DNA of 64,000 bases, taken from Amphiscolops sp. MND2022 (lineage: Eukaryota). The stretch is taken from assembly GCA_964187785.1 (NCBI GenBank), contig OZ076409.1:45200001-45264000 (forward strand). The letters are read 5' to 3'. Of this stretch, positions 50,472 through 64,000 are shown in pieces. A program made the position numbers and the translations under genes. Position 1 is the stretch's first letter, and every line of letters starts with the position of its first letter. The notes under the pieces were generated by a model. It was not told the DNA's origin. It worked only from the letters and a program-made list of their open reading frames with translations, and did not search any database.

Positions 50472-51899
50472 CAGGGGTCCGCAATTATTAATTGCAATTA
50501 AATTGGCATTTAAAATTTTAAAAACCAATTAATTGAAAATTGGACACTTCATGAAACAATTATTGCAATAATTGGCAAATCAAAACAACAGTTGTCAATG
50601 CATAAATTCAGACAAAATTGATGAAAATTTGCCCAAAAATAATGAACTCAAAGAGTCATTCAGTAGCGTTGACGACTTCGTTGACGAGACTCAGGTCCCA
50701 CAGTCTCTTGTTCGACATCAGAAACAGCTGCTGCTCCAGATAAATAGGTTGTATCTTCCGTCGCAAGTCATCATAAGCATATCCAGCCCGGCTGAAAAGT
50801 CTCTCCATCAAGTTCGACGTGGGAACCAGAAATCTGCAGTCCAAATATTTATCTGACCGCCGCTCGCATCTTCTCTTCCTCAGAATTTCCATGGCAAAAT
50901 CCAAGGGCACTTCATTCTCCTTCCCCATCTCTTCAACTTCTTGGACATGAAGCCGCAATTTTTTCACGGCCAAGTTCTCTTGCAAAGTCAGATTCTCATC
51001 AGAGTTCAATATTTTTACGACGCCATTCTCGAAGTCTTTGTTTTTCACAATGCTACTATTGACATGAATATACTTCTTGCGACCATCGATTGACACCTTT
51101 TTGATGATTTCATCTAGCAGAAGGCGTGCACTTGCCATATCCATGTCTGAGCGCTGAAGTGCAAGAGTAACCGATTTCAAGGGCTCCAAAAGCTCGCCGA
51201 GTTCTTTGAGACGAGCATCTTCCGCGGGGCATAGCATGAAGGATATCATTGCTGGTATATGCTGTAGGTGATCTTTGATCTTCATGTATCTCTCAATCAT
51301 TTGCATAACACTGAGCCAACGTGTAGTGTTATTGACAATAGGTGTGTTATTGGCGATCTCTTTCTCAACCCGATCAGAAACAAGGTGCATGTACTTCTCA
51401 AGGGTGTGAACAGAGATTTTATCCAACGACGAATATTTGCGTGTTAGGCTACTCTCCACAAATGAAAATGGCTTTAGTTCCATACACACCCATTCCAACC
51501 ATCCGTATACAGTTTCACTCTTTCGACAATGCATAAATCGAAGCGTCTGCTGATCCGAAATAGATGTATTGTCGTTTCCATGTTGAGAACGGATATGTTG
51601 CATTAGGTTAGACCAGCCTGTACCATCTTTCCTTTTTAGAAGTTTTCCACAGTGGCACTTGTAAACATCATTCTCTAGTTTAGTGAAATACTTCTTCGTT
51701 AAAGCCTTGTAGTCTTTTGGCGCTTCAACTTTAGATGTCATTTCAAACCTGAAAAAGATAATGCATTGCGCTCAATCAATTATTGCAATAATTGGCTTGT
51801 TAATTTCCAATAATTGAAAAATGCAAGATGGGAAAATCAATTAATTGATCAATTATAATTGCAATTATTGCTTCATCAATTTTTAATTGCGGACCCCTG
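50472..51899 (-). mobile_element. hAT transposon duplicate with a continuous 361-aa internally deleted transposase ORF (50656-51741)
   Basis: Same TIRs and TSD as copy 1. Two extra bases at ~51343 (GGTGTGTT vs GGTGTT) put the two halves in frame. Confidence 0.95.
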
Positions 51900-52958
51900 G
51901 CCATAACTGGGAATATTAATTCTACTTATCTTGGTAAATAATAAGTCTCAGCCCAACAGTGCTAATTTAAATAAAGGCGCTTCCGCAAACTGTTAACTTG
52001 AAGAAATCACTGCGGCAGCTAAGGGCATTGACAGTGCGGGGGAAGATGAAAAACAAACAACTTGTCAATAATTTGCCCACTTGCGCGAATTTTAAGTGTG
52101 AAAATACGCTGGAAATTCGGAGCTATGACACTAGATTTTGAATTCGGAGCTATGAGTAGTCACCATTAATAACAGTGCTAACACACTTATTGTAGCTTCT
52201 GCGGAAACCGCAAAGGTCACAGTTGATCATTCATGTAGATTATTTTCTGCGATGTTTTTTTAGCTGGTAAGGAATGAGTGAAGACATAGCACAGGACACA
52301 TAGCCCTTGATTCCCTTCATCACGGCAATTGTTTCTAGTACAATCACAGCCAGGGGTGTTCAATAAATATTTATGGGTAAATGAATGTATTTTTACACTC
52401 AAATGAATATAAATATTTGTTTTTGGACCTGTTAAAATGAAAATAAATATTATATATATATATATATATATATTGATCTTCGGGGTGCTCCTTTTTGCGA
52501 GCCAGTACCATCGAGGATGTAGGATATAATGCTTATGGTTCGTGTTTGGGGCGTGCAAATCGTTCCGTCTGCTTGATGAATAGCGGGAGCTGTGAGTTTA
52601 ACATGGATTCGGCGAGGTTTCCAAAGTTGAATTCACTCCGGATTTCTTCGTATCTGGGACTTTCTAATATGAAGTGGTGAACAGATTCTACAAATAAATA
52701 TTCTTGAGATAATTAAAACTAAGAGCGTTTAACTCAACATATCGTCAGCCAATTAAATTCAAAAAGAGTAATCTTGAGCTAATTTCCAGAAATACCTTTG
52801 TCAAGTACCTTGGACTACTGACTCAAAAGGTTGAAGAGTCCATTACAAAAGCCCTGTCGCCGCCTTTTGGCCTGATTATGATGTGTATACTGATTTATGC
52901 CATTATAAATTGCTGTAATTATTATATGTTTTATTTTAGATGTCGATGTCCCTTTGAT

Positions 52959-55900
52959 GGGTGGGCGGAAATAGGTCGAAGGAACGGGATCGAAAATCAG
53001 AGTTAGTCCTCAGGTCGACATACCAAATTTTTGAATGGGATCGAGACAACTCGGATCGAAATTTTTATAACGTAGTCAGATATGTTCACATACCCCTAGT
53101 GCCCTGAATGCAGGAGCGAAGCGACGTGCCATATGGCCATGCCTCAATGTTGCTACTTGGCGAAGAGAGCGAAGCGACCACGCCATACAACAAATACGAT
53201 AAAATTCGACCGCATTCCATTCGATCCCTGCAATTCGATCAAAAGGTTCGACCTCTGTCCTTTCGACCAGAAAAAATTGACCTATTTACTGCCACCCCCT
53301 TTGATATGTGCTTTGATATTTGCCGTCTAGTGAAAACTTGCTTTTATAGAAAAGCGTTTTGATCTGCGAGAAAAACGACAATTGGTGTCCAGAGCAGAAT
53401 ACAATTCAAGGGCTTCGGGCAATAAGTTCGATTTACTAAGTTCGAATTTGAACTAGTGCAATAAGTTCGAATGGAATAGTTTCGAGACACCAAGTTCGAA
53501 TTTTCAAATCGGGCATATCCGGTGTGGGTGGGCGGAAATAGGTCGAAGGAACGGGATCGAAATTCAGAGTTAGTCCTCAGGTCGACAATACCAAATTTTT
53601 GAATGGGATCGAAACAACTCGGATCGAAATTTTTATAACGTAGTCAGATATGTTCACATACCCCTAGTGCCCTGAATGCAGGAGCGAAGCGAAGCGGAGC
53701 GACGTGCCATATGGCCATGCCTCAATGTTGCTACTTGGCGAAGGGAGCGAAGCGACCGAGCCATACAACAAATACGATAAAATTCGACCGCATTCCATTC
53801 GATCCCTGTAATTCGATCAAAAGGTTCGACATCAGTCCTTTCGACCAGAAAAATTCGACCTATTTACAGCCACCCATCCGGTGTAAACTGGACATCATTC
53901 ACACAAGAACCTGAGAGCTCGGTTACCAGTCACTTGGCTTAATACCATTTGGCTTAATTTTTTCGTCGAGTCATTTGGCTTAAAAATTTTAAGCCAAGTG
54001 ACCACAAAATTAGGCCAACTCCATTCCAACTCAAGGAATAAATATGTCAACTCCCGGAAATATCATAATGTGGGGCATATGCGGTGTATGCACGCTCGCC
54101 CTCACCGTCGCAAAGACAAGCTCCAACTACGATCGGTTCGCGATCTCCGTTCCCGCTAGGTCTTTGCTCCTGTTCTACCTCGCTCAGCAAGATGGGAACA
54201 TAAGCGGCCCCAAGGGGCCGCAGGGCACTAGAGGAAATTGGGACATATCCGAGGGGTACTTGATATGACACGTTATAATAATACGCTGACTACGTTTTAA
54301 AGATCAATTCGACAAAATCGGCCACGTGTTTCCAACTAAGTGGTTTTAAGTCAAATGACTTTAAGTCAAGTGACCAATACCCGAGACACTTAGCTTAAAA
54401 AAATTAAGCCAAGTGACCAATTGTATTAAGCCAAATGACTTAAAGCCAAATGGCATGAAGCCAAGTGACCATTTACCGAGAGCTCCACCGCCTAGGATCT
54501 ACAGGATTCTGAAAACTGAAATGCGGGGCATACCCGGTGTATGAACGCTCGCCCTCACCGTCGCAAAGACCAGGTCCCACTACGATCGCTTCGCGATCTC
54601 CGTTCCCGCTAAGTCTTTGCTCCTGTTCGACCTCGCTTAGCAAGATGGGAACATAAGCGGCCCCAAGGGGCCGCGGGGCACTAGATGAAATGGGGTAATA
54701 TCAGTGGCACGTTTCATACTTAGTTCAAAATTCGTACACAGTGATTCGAACTTGTTCCGGTTTTTGGAAAATTCGAACTTAGTCCATTCGAAATTAAAAT
54801 TCGAACTTATGGGTTCGAACTTTTTACCGTGCCCCATTTCAATGTTAGCATGCTTAAAATTATCGCTGCCAGTTCCTTGTTCAACTCAATTGAAGAACTT
54901 CAAATCAGTTTGCGTAAACAACTACGAGGACTCGTCCATGCCGGTCCCGAATTCCGGACGTTTCGGCAAAAGACGTTTCGGCAAAAACATGGCAACGGAC
55001 GTTTCGGCAAAAAAATATGCCGAAACGTCTCAGGCTAAAAACATTTGCCGAAACGTTTCGTATGATGTGTGGGGCATATCCGGTGTATGCACGCTCGCCC
55101 TGACCGTCGCAAAGACCAGCTCCCACTACGATCGCTTCGCGATCTCCGTTCCCGCTAGGTCTTTGCTCCTGTTCGACCTCGCTTAGCAAGATGGGATAAT
55201 ATGCGGCCCCAAGGGGCCGCGGGGCACTAGAGGAATGGGATATATCCGAGGCACGTTTTATGCTTTGCATCATTCCTACATTAATGGTCTTATCGTTTTT
55301 CTTTCAATTTTTTCTTCAATTCCACAATTCTACAAACTGGTATTCTACAAACTGGACCTAACCAGTTTGTAGAAAATCAAAAACATAACCAAGATAATAC
55401 GAGACGTTTCGGCGTGAAAAATTTCGGCGCCCGAAACGTTTCGAAGTTTTTTTTGCCGAAACGTCTTTGCCGAAACGTCCTGTTCCCCCGGTCCCGGTTC
55501 CAGCCTGAACCCAGAGTCCGTGAACAAATCAAAAGACGTTTACAACTATCTAAAGTCCGAAGAACTGAAAAATACGAGAATAACCCTGTGGCACAATCTG
55601 ATTAATAATACTATCACACCCCACAAAAGTAATAACTATCAACCGCAAAGTGTAAATCAGCTTGCGGCTTCATTGAGAAGTCTCACAAACTTATGCGACA
55701 TAGTTTATTGTCAACGTACAGGGTCCCCGAATATCTTTGAAGACCTGAGAACATTGGACTGCCCAATCATCCAAGTCACGACAGATATTTTGATCAAGTC
55801 AGAGCAGCGCACTGAAGTACTCATCGAGAAATAGCCTTCGGGCAATAAGTTCGATTTACTAAGTTCGAATTTGAACTAGTGCAATGAGTTCGAATGGAAT

Positions 55901-56342
55901 AGTTCCGAAACACCAAGTTCGAACTTCCATATCGGGCATATCCAGTGTAAACTGGACATCCTTCACACAAGATCCTGAGAGCTCCACCGCCTAGGATTTA
56001 AAGGAATCTAAAAACTGAAATGTGGGGCATATCCGGTGTATGCACGCTCGCCCTCACCATCGCAAAGACCAGCTCCCTCTACGATCGCTTCGCGATCTCC
56101 GTTCCCGCTAGGTCTTTGCTCCTGTTCGACCTCGCTTAGCAAGATGGGAACATAAGCGGCCCCAAGGGGCCGCGGGGCACTAGATGAAATGGGGAAATAT
56201 CAGAGGCACGGTTTATACTTACGGCGGTTAGTTCAAAAATCGAACACAGTGATTCGAACTTGTTCCGGTATTTGGATTATTCGAACTCAGTCCATTCGAA
56301 ATTTAAATTCTAACTTATGCGTTCGAACTTATTACCGTGCCC
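52959..56342. mobile_element. Duplicate of the nested MITE cluster
   Basis: The same six insertions as 24212-27596, at offset 28746-28747. Confidence 0.92.
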
Positions 56343-56380
56343 CGCGAAATACAAAGCCTTACATCATTCCAGCGAATAAT

Positions 56381-59300
56381 CTTTGATCCCGAAGATCTTC
56401 TGAAGACCTTTTAAAGATCTTTGACCTCGCTTATCTGAAGATCCTCGAATGAGGATTGATCTCGAAGATCTTCCAAATATTCTTGAATGACCTTTGATGT
56501 CGGAGATTTTCCGAAAATCCTTGAAAGATCTTTGATCTCGAAGATCTTCCGAAGAACCTTGAATGATCTTTGAATTCGAATTCCTTGCTTAGATCTTTTA
56601 ATGACTTTCAATCTCGACGATCCTCCGAATATCTTCGATTTCGAAAATCTTTCGAAGATTCTTGAATGATCTCTGATATTGAAGATCTTCCGAAGGTCAT
56701 TGAATGATCTTTGATCTCGAAGATCCTTGAATGATCTTTGATATCGAAGACCTCGGGAAGGCCCTTGAAAGATCTTTGAATGATCTTCGAACTCGAAGGT
56801 CTTCCAAAGATCTTTGAATGATATTTGACCTAGAAGCTCTTCCGAAGATCCTTAATGATCTCTGGTCTCGGAGAACGTCCGAAAATTCTTGAATGATAAT
56901 TGATCTCAAAGATCGTCCGAAAGTTCTTGAATGATTTTCCATCTTCGACAATTTTTGGAGGATCTTCGATCTCGAAGATCTTCTGAAAGTCCTTGAACGA
57001 TCTTCGACCTCGAAGATCGTCTGAAGATCCTGTAATGATTTTTGATCTCGAATTCTTGCTTAGATCTTTTAATGACTTTCGATCTCGACGATCCTCCGAA
57101 TATCTTCGATCTCGAAAATCTTTCGAAGATTCTTGAATGATCTCTGATATTGAAGATCTTCCGAAGGTCATTGAATGATCTTTGATCTCGAATTCCTTGA
57201 ATGATCTTTGATATCGAAGACCTCGGGAAGGCCCTTGAAAGATCTTTGAATGATCTTCGAACTCGAAGGTCTTCCAAAGATCCTTGAATGATATTTGACC
57301 TAGAAGCTCTTCCGAAGATCCTTAATGATCTCTGGTCTCGGAGAACGTCCGAAAATTCTTGAATGATAATTGATCTCGAAGATCGTCCGAAAGTTCTTGA
57401 ATGATTTTCCATCTCCGACAATCTTTGGAGGATCTTCGATCTCGAAGATCTTCTGAAAGTCCTCGAACGATCTTCGACCTCGAAGGTCGTCTGAAGATCC
57501 TGTAATGATTTTCGATCTGGAATCCTTGCTTAGATCTTTTAATGACTCTCGATCTCGACGATCCTCCGAATATCTTCGATCTCGAAAATCTTTCGAAGAT
57601 TCTTGAATGATCTCTGATATTGAAGATCTTCCGAAGGTCTTTGAATGATCTTTGATCTCGAAGATCCTTGAATGATCTTTGATATCGAAGACCTCGAGAA
57701 GGCCCTTGAAAGATCTTTGAATGACCTTCGAACTCGAAGGTCTTCCAAAGATCCTTGAATGATATTTGACCTAGAAGCTCTTCCGAAGATCCTTGAATGA
57801 TCTCTGGTCTCGGAGAACGTCCGAAAGTTCTTGAAGGATAATTGATCCCGAAGATCGTCCGAAAGTTCTTGAATGATTTTCCATCTCGGAGATCTTCCGA
57901 TGATCTTTGATCTCGAAGATCTTCCAAAGATCCTTGAATGATCTTCGTCCTCGAAGATCGTCTGAAGATCCTGGAATGAGTTTCGATCTCGAATCCTTGC
58001 TTAGATCTTTTAATGACTTTCGATCTCGACGATCCTCCGAATATCTTCGATCTCGAAATCTTTCGAAGATTCTTGAATGATCTCTGATATTGAAGATCTT
58101 CCGAAGGTCTTTGAATGATCTTTGATCTCGAAGATCCTTGAATGATATTTGACCTAGAAGCTCTTCCGAATATCCTTGAATGATCTCTCGTCTCGGAGAA
58201 CGTCCGAAAGTTCTTGAAGGATAATTGATCCCGAAGATCGTCCAAAAAACCTTGAATGATTCTCCATCTCGGAGATCTTCCGATGATCGTTGCTCTCGAA
58301 GATCTTCCGAAGATCCTTGAATGATCTTCGACCTCGAAGATCGTCTGAAGATCCTGGAATGATTTTCGATCTCGAATTCCTTGCTTAGACCTTTTAATGA
58401 CTTTCGATCACGACGATCCTCCGAATATCGTCGATTTCGAAAATCTTTCGAAGATTCTTGAATGATCTCTGATATTGAAGATCTTCCGAAGGTCATTGAA
58501 TGATCTTTGATCTCGAAATCCTTGAATGATCTTTGATATCGAAGACCTCGGGAAGGCCCTTGAAAGATCTTTGAATGATCTTCGAACTCGAAGGTCTTCC
58601 AAAGATCCTTGAATGATATTTGACCTAGAAGCTCTTCCGAAGATCCTTAATGATCTCTGGTCTCGGAGAACGTCCGAAAATTCTTGAATGATAATTGATC
58701 TCGAAGATCGTCCGAAAGTTCTTGAATGATTTTCCATCTCCGACAATCTTTGGAGGATCTTCGATCTCGAAGATCTTCTGAAAGTCCTTGAACGATCTTC
58801 GACCTCGAAGATCGTCTGAAGATCCTGTGATGATTTTCGATCTGGAATCCTTGCTTAGATCTTTTAATGACTCTCGATCTCGACGATCCTCCGAATATCT
58901 TCGATCTCGAAAATCTTTCGAAGATTCTTGAATGATCTCTGATATTGAAGATCTTCCGAAGGTCTTTGAATGATCTTTGACCTCGAAGATCCTTGAATGA
59001 TCTTTGATATCGAAGACCTCGAGAAGGCCCTTGAAAGATCTTTGAATGACCTTCGAACTCGAAGGTCTTCCTAAGATCCTTGAATGATATTTGACCTAGA
59101 AGCTCTTCCGAAGATCCTTGAATGATCTCTGGTCTCGGAGAACGTCCGAAAATTCTTGAATGATGATTGATCCCGAAGATCGTCCGAAAGTTCTTGAATG
59201 ATTTTCCATCTCGGAGATCTTCCGATGATCGTTGCTCTCGAAGATCTTCCGAAGATCCTTGAATGATCTTCGACCTCGAAGATCGTCTGAAGATCCTGGA

Positions 59301-60565
59301 ATGATTTTCGATCTCGAATTCCTTGCTTAGACCTTTTAATGACTTTCGATCATGACGATCCTCCGAATATCGTCGATTTCGAAAATCTTTCGAAGATTCT
59401 TGAATGATCTCTGATATTGAAGATCTTCCGAAGGTCCTTGAATGATCTTTGATCTCGAAATCCTTGAATGATCTTTGATATCGAAGACCTCGGGAAGGCC
59501 CTTGAAAGATCTTTGAATGATCTTCGAACTCGAAGGTCTTCCAAAGATCCTTGAATGATATTTGACCTAGAAGCTCTTCCGAAGATCCTTAATGATCTTT
59601 GGTCTCGGAGAACGTCCGAAAATTCTTGAATGATAATTGATCTCGAAGATCGTCCGAAAGTTCTTGAATGATTTTCCATCTCGGAGATCTTCCGATGATC
59701 TTTGATCTCGAAGATCTTCCAAAGATCCTTGAATGATCTTCGTCCTCGAAGATCGTCTGAAGATCCTGGAATGAGTTTCGATCTCGAATTCCTTGCTTAG
59801 ACCTTTTAATGACTTTCGATCACGACGATCCTCCGAATATCTTCGATTTCAAAAAATTTTCGAAGATTCTTGAAAGATCTCTGATATTGAAGATCTTCCG
59901 AAGGTCATTGAATGATCTTTGATCTCGAAGATCCTCGAATTTTTGATATCGAAGACCTCGGGAAGGCCCTTGAAAGATCTTTGAATGATCTTCGAACTCG
60001 AAGGTCTTCCAAAGATCCTTGAATGATATTTGACCTAGAAGCTCTTCCGAAGATCCTTGAATGATCTCTGGTCTCGGAGAACGTCCGAAAATTCTTGAAT
60101 GATGATTAATCCCGAAGATCGTCCGAAAGTTCTTGAATGATTTTCCATCTCGGAGATCTTCCGATGATCGTTGCTCTCGAAGATCTTCCGAAGATCCTTG
60201 AATGATCTGTGTAATGGAAGATCTGCTGAAGGTCCTTGATCCCGAAGATCTTCCGAAGATCCTCGAATGATCTCTGATCTCGAAGATTTCCCGAAGAACC
60301 TTGAATGATCTTTGAATTCGAAGGTCTTCCGGAGATCCTTGAATGATCTTTGATATCGAAGATCTTCCGAGAGTCTTTGAATGATAATTGATCTCGAAGA
60401 TCGTCCGAAAGTTCTTGAATGATTTTCCATCTCGGAGATCTTCCGATGATCTTTGATATCGAAGATCTTCCGAAAGTCCTTGAATGATAACTGACCTCGA
60501 AGATCTTCCGAAGATCCAGGAATGGTATTTGATCTCAAAGATCTTCCGAAGATCCTTGAATGACA
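56381..60565. repeat. Long satellite array, duplicate (~4.2 kb)
   Basis: Landmark at 56827, 57297, 57768, 58151, 58622, 59093, 59564 and 60032. Confidence 0.95.
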
Positions 60566-63096
60566 ACTTCAGCAGTATTTCTTCCGATTTGATATGAGCA
60601 GTCTAGTTCTTTCTCAAGGTCACTTTTTTCAAAAATACCTTTTGATTGACATACCAATTTTTAAAAGTTCTATCGATTGTTACGTAGTTTACTGTCGAGG
60701 TTGATTGGCTCTCTGATAATCTTTCATCAGCAGTCAAATTTTAGAGAGAACTATTTTGAAGAGCACGATCCATAATATGATATACCACTCTTCCCGAAAC
60801 TTTACGCTAGTAGTAAAAGTATATATGATCGATAAACTTCACTCACAAAATTCTTCCCATTCGTCTCAATTGTAAAACTAGAATCATATTTCGTCTCTCA
60901 ATTTATTAACAAATTTGGTAAATACGTTATTCTAGACGAAGGGTCAATTAAATCTGTGAATGACAAACAGATCACTAAAATTACCTTGACCGTCACTACT
61001 TTGTGAAAAATTTCAACCCAGCGACAAAACTTTAGAAACTCCTAAAAACTGTACTACTACAAAAACAATATTAGAATACAACTTGAAACGCTTCAGACGT
61101 CTAAAACATTATCATAAAACTTTAAAAAAGCCCTTATCTACGGATTGTCGCGAAAGGAACTATAAATTAATAGGATGTGAAAGGATCAGAGAGTTGAGTC
61201 AGTAGTTTTTCTTCAAAACTCAACATTAAAAGTTCAAGTTCTTGAAATACACTTTCAAAATCATTCAACTTGAAAAATAAGCAATGTAATAAGCCACGTT
61301 CAAATGCCTTTGGTTTAAAAATCTCACTTTGACCTAACTATCTGACTCCACGGCATTAACAATGGTGACTTCCCATAGCTCCGAAAACAAAATCGAGTGC
61401 CATAACTCGGAATATTAATTCTACTTATCTTGGTAAATAATAAGTCTCAGCCCAACAGTGCTAATTTAAATAAAGGCGCTTCTGCAAACTGTTAACTTGA
61501 AGAAATCACTGCGGTAGCTAAGGGAATTGACAGTGCGGGGGACGATGAAAAACAAACAACTTGTCAATAATTTGTCTACTTGCGCAAATTTTACGTGTGA
61601 AAATAATACGCTGAAAATTTCGGAGCTTTGACACTAGATTTTGAAATCGGAGCTATGAGTAGTCACCATCAACAATAACAGTGCTAACACACTTATTGTA
61701 GAGCTTCTGCGGAAACCGCAAAGGTCACAGTTAATCATTCATGTAGATTATTTTCTGCGATGTTTTTTAGCTGGTAAGGAATGAGTGAAGACATAGCACA
61801 TTACACATAGCCCTTGATTCCCTTCATCACGGCAATTGTTTCTAGCACAATCACAGCCATGGGTGTTCAAGAAACAATTATGGGTAAATGAAATTATTTT
61901 TACACTCAAATGTATGAAAATATTTAATTTTGGAGCTGTTAAAATGAAAATAAATATTTTTGAGATAAATAAAACTAAGAGCCTTTAATTCAACATACCG
62001 TCAGCCAATTGAATTCAAAAATAGCAATCTTGAGCTAATTTCTAGAAATACTTTTGTCAAGTACCTTGGACTACTGACTCAAAAGGTTGAAGAGTCCAAT
62101 ACAGAAGCCCCGTCGCCGCTTTTTGGCCTGATTATGATGTGTTTACTGATTAATGCCTTTAATATATATTGCTGTAATTGACACATGTTTACATATATTT
62201 GAGATGACGATGTCCCTTTGATATGTGCTGTGATATTTGCCGTCTAGTGAAAACTAGCTTTTATAGAAAAGCGTTTTGATCTGCGAGAAACACGACAATT
62301 GTTGTCCAGACCAGTATACATTTCAAGGTTAGCAAGCTTAAAAATTATTGCTGCCAGTTCCTTGTTCGTTTCAATTGAAGAACTTCAAATCAGTTTGCGT
62401 AAACAACTACGAGAACTCGTCCACGCCGGTCCCGGTTTCAGCCTGAATCCAGAGTCCGTGAACAAGTCAAAAGACGTTTACAACTATCAAAAGTCCGAAG
62501 AACTGGAAAATACGAGAATAATCCTGTGGCACGATCTGATTAACAAGACTATCACACCCCACAAAAGAAATAACTATCAACTGCAAAGTGTATATCAACT
62601 TGTGGCTTCATTGAAAAGTCTCACAAACTAATGCGGCATATTTTATTGTCAACATAGAGGGTCCCCGAAAGTCTTTGAAGACCTGAGAACATTGGACTGC
62701 CAATCATCCAAGTCACGACAGATGTTTTGAGCAAGTCATAGCAGCGCAGTGAAGTACTCGTCGAGAAATACAAAGCCTTACATCAATCGAGCGATCTCCA
62801 ACTCAGATCCCTAGGTGTAGTCCTAAAATATTGTCCGAACCTGAAGCAGATCTTGAAAATAAGAGGCACCAAGCGAAGAACTCACGAGCAACTAAGAGAG
62901 GCTAAGAGAAAAAGAGAAGACAACTAAAGGTGAGCTTTTAGAGTCTTGTACTCAGAGCCGCTGTTGTTACATCTTTATAGCTTCTCGAATTAAAGAGGAG
63001 CTTTTAGAGTCTTGGACTCAAAGCCCCGTTAGTAATTCTTAGCCATTGAAACTCAAATTGTTCGAATCGTGTTTTTCCAGGTCATCACCAAAATCA

Positions 63097-64000
63097 ATGG
63101 GTAAACCCGAATTGAACCTGAAGGAACCCGAACAATTAGTGATGTGGCTCAGGGCGTTCAAGGCGCGAGCGCGGGTCGAAAAGAAAAGGGACGTCGACGC
63201 AATCCCTGGAACTAGTGGACCGCCAGCTGTCGCTGTCATAGCAAAAGATTATCAGGTGACTAATTTCTTCATGAGCCAATGCAGCCTCGAAGCGTTGATA
63301 AAGCTCAGTAGCCTCGTCGCGCCCAGAAACATTGAAGACATGAAATTCATAGACATTCGTAAGGATCTCATAAATTACTTGAAGCCACAAGAGAGACTGG
63401 TGGTTGCAGAACGCACTGGCGTCCTTCAGATGTCTCAAGGAGAAGAAGAAGAAGAAGAAGAAGCAGAAACCGACTACCTTGCTAAGCTCCGAGAGGCTGC
63501 GCGTTATTGTAAGTTTGTCGATCTCAAAGCTTCTCTGGATCCTGAAGCTGAAGTGATCCGATTACAATTCATCGCCGGACTATAAGACAACGAATCAAAA
63601 CTCAAGTTGCTTGAAGCACTCAGAGCAAACGACAACTTGACTGTGGAAGAACTGCTTCAGCTTATTCAATATAGAACCCAGACCAAGAGATTTGCTGAGA
63701 ACTCAGTTCATCAGTCAACTTCAAGTGTAGTTGCGTATGCAGAAAAACGTGGCCCCAATAGTAAAAAAGGTCTGAGTTGCCATCAGAAGCCCGAGCAGTG
63801 TGGACGTTGTGGACGAAAGCTATTCCACCTACTCTATTAGTGCCCTGCTAAGGATGAAAAGTGCCACAATTGTTCGAAGCAAGGACACTAATCTAGAATG
63901 TGCAAAGCTAAAAGATAAGAAACCTCGCGAGCTGAAGCGAAAACGTATCGAAAATCAAATGCATCAGTGCACCATACATGTGATGAACCAAAACTTGAAG
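63097..64000 (+). pseudogene. Gypsy-type gag with C-terminal zinc knuckles and premature stops; continues past the window
   Basis: Same gag core with (GAA)7, then CGRCG...*CPAKDEKCHNCSKQGH*SRMC. Confidence 0.8.

Larger units (their letters stand above)
36060..63641. repeat. Tandem segmental duplication, copy 2 (~27.6 kb)
   Basis: Ends at ...GACAACTTGAC (63641), the sequence found just left of the junction at 36059. It is shorter than copy 1 mainly because of the satellite array. Confidence 0.97.

Overview
AT-rich eukaryotic (probably invertebrate) genomic DNA made almost entirely of transposon debris plus one recognisable host gene. The main structure is a recent head-to-tail duplication: copy 1 is ~7419-36059 and copy 2 is ~36060-63641, and the junction shares only 1 bp. 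Each copy carries a 520-aa ZCCHC7/Air1-2-like five-zinc-knuckle ORF, a Tc1 relic, Gypsy and LINE fragments, and an internally deleted hAT element. Each copy also contains an older internal tandem duplication (segments A1 and A2). A1 has collected eight insertions whose empty sites can be read in A2 or in sister copies, while A2 carries a 38-bp GATC/TCGA satellite expanded into ~470-bp higher-order repeats. The most striking observation is that three non-autonomous DNA-transposon families with different termini carry the same 164-bp GC-rich structured cassette. A fourth family carries a diverged, inverted version that keeps short sequence boxes but has different hairpins between them. All calls come from reading and hand-translating the sequence; no database searches were run.
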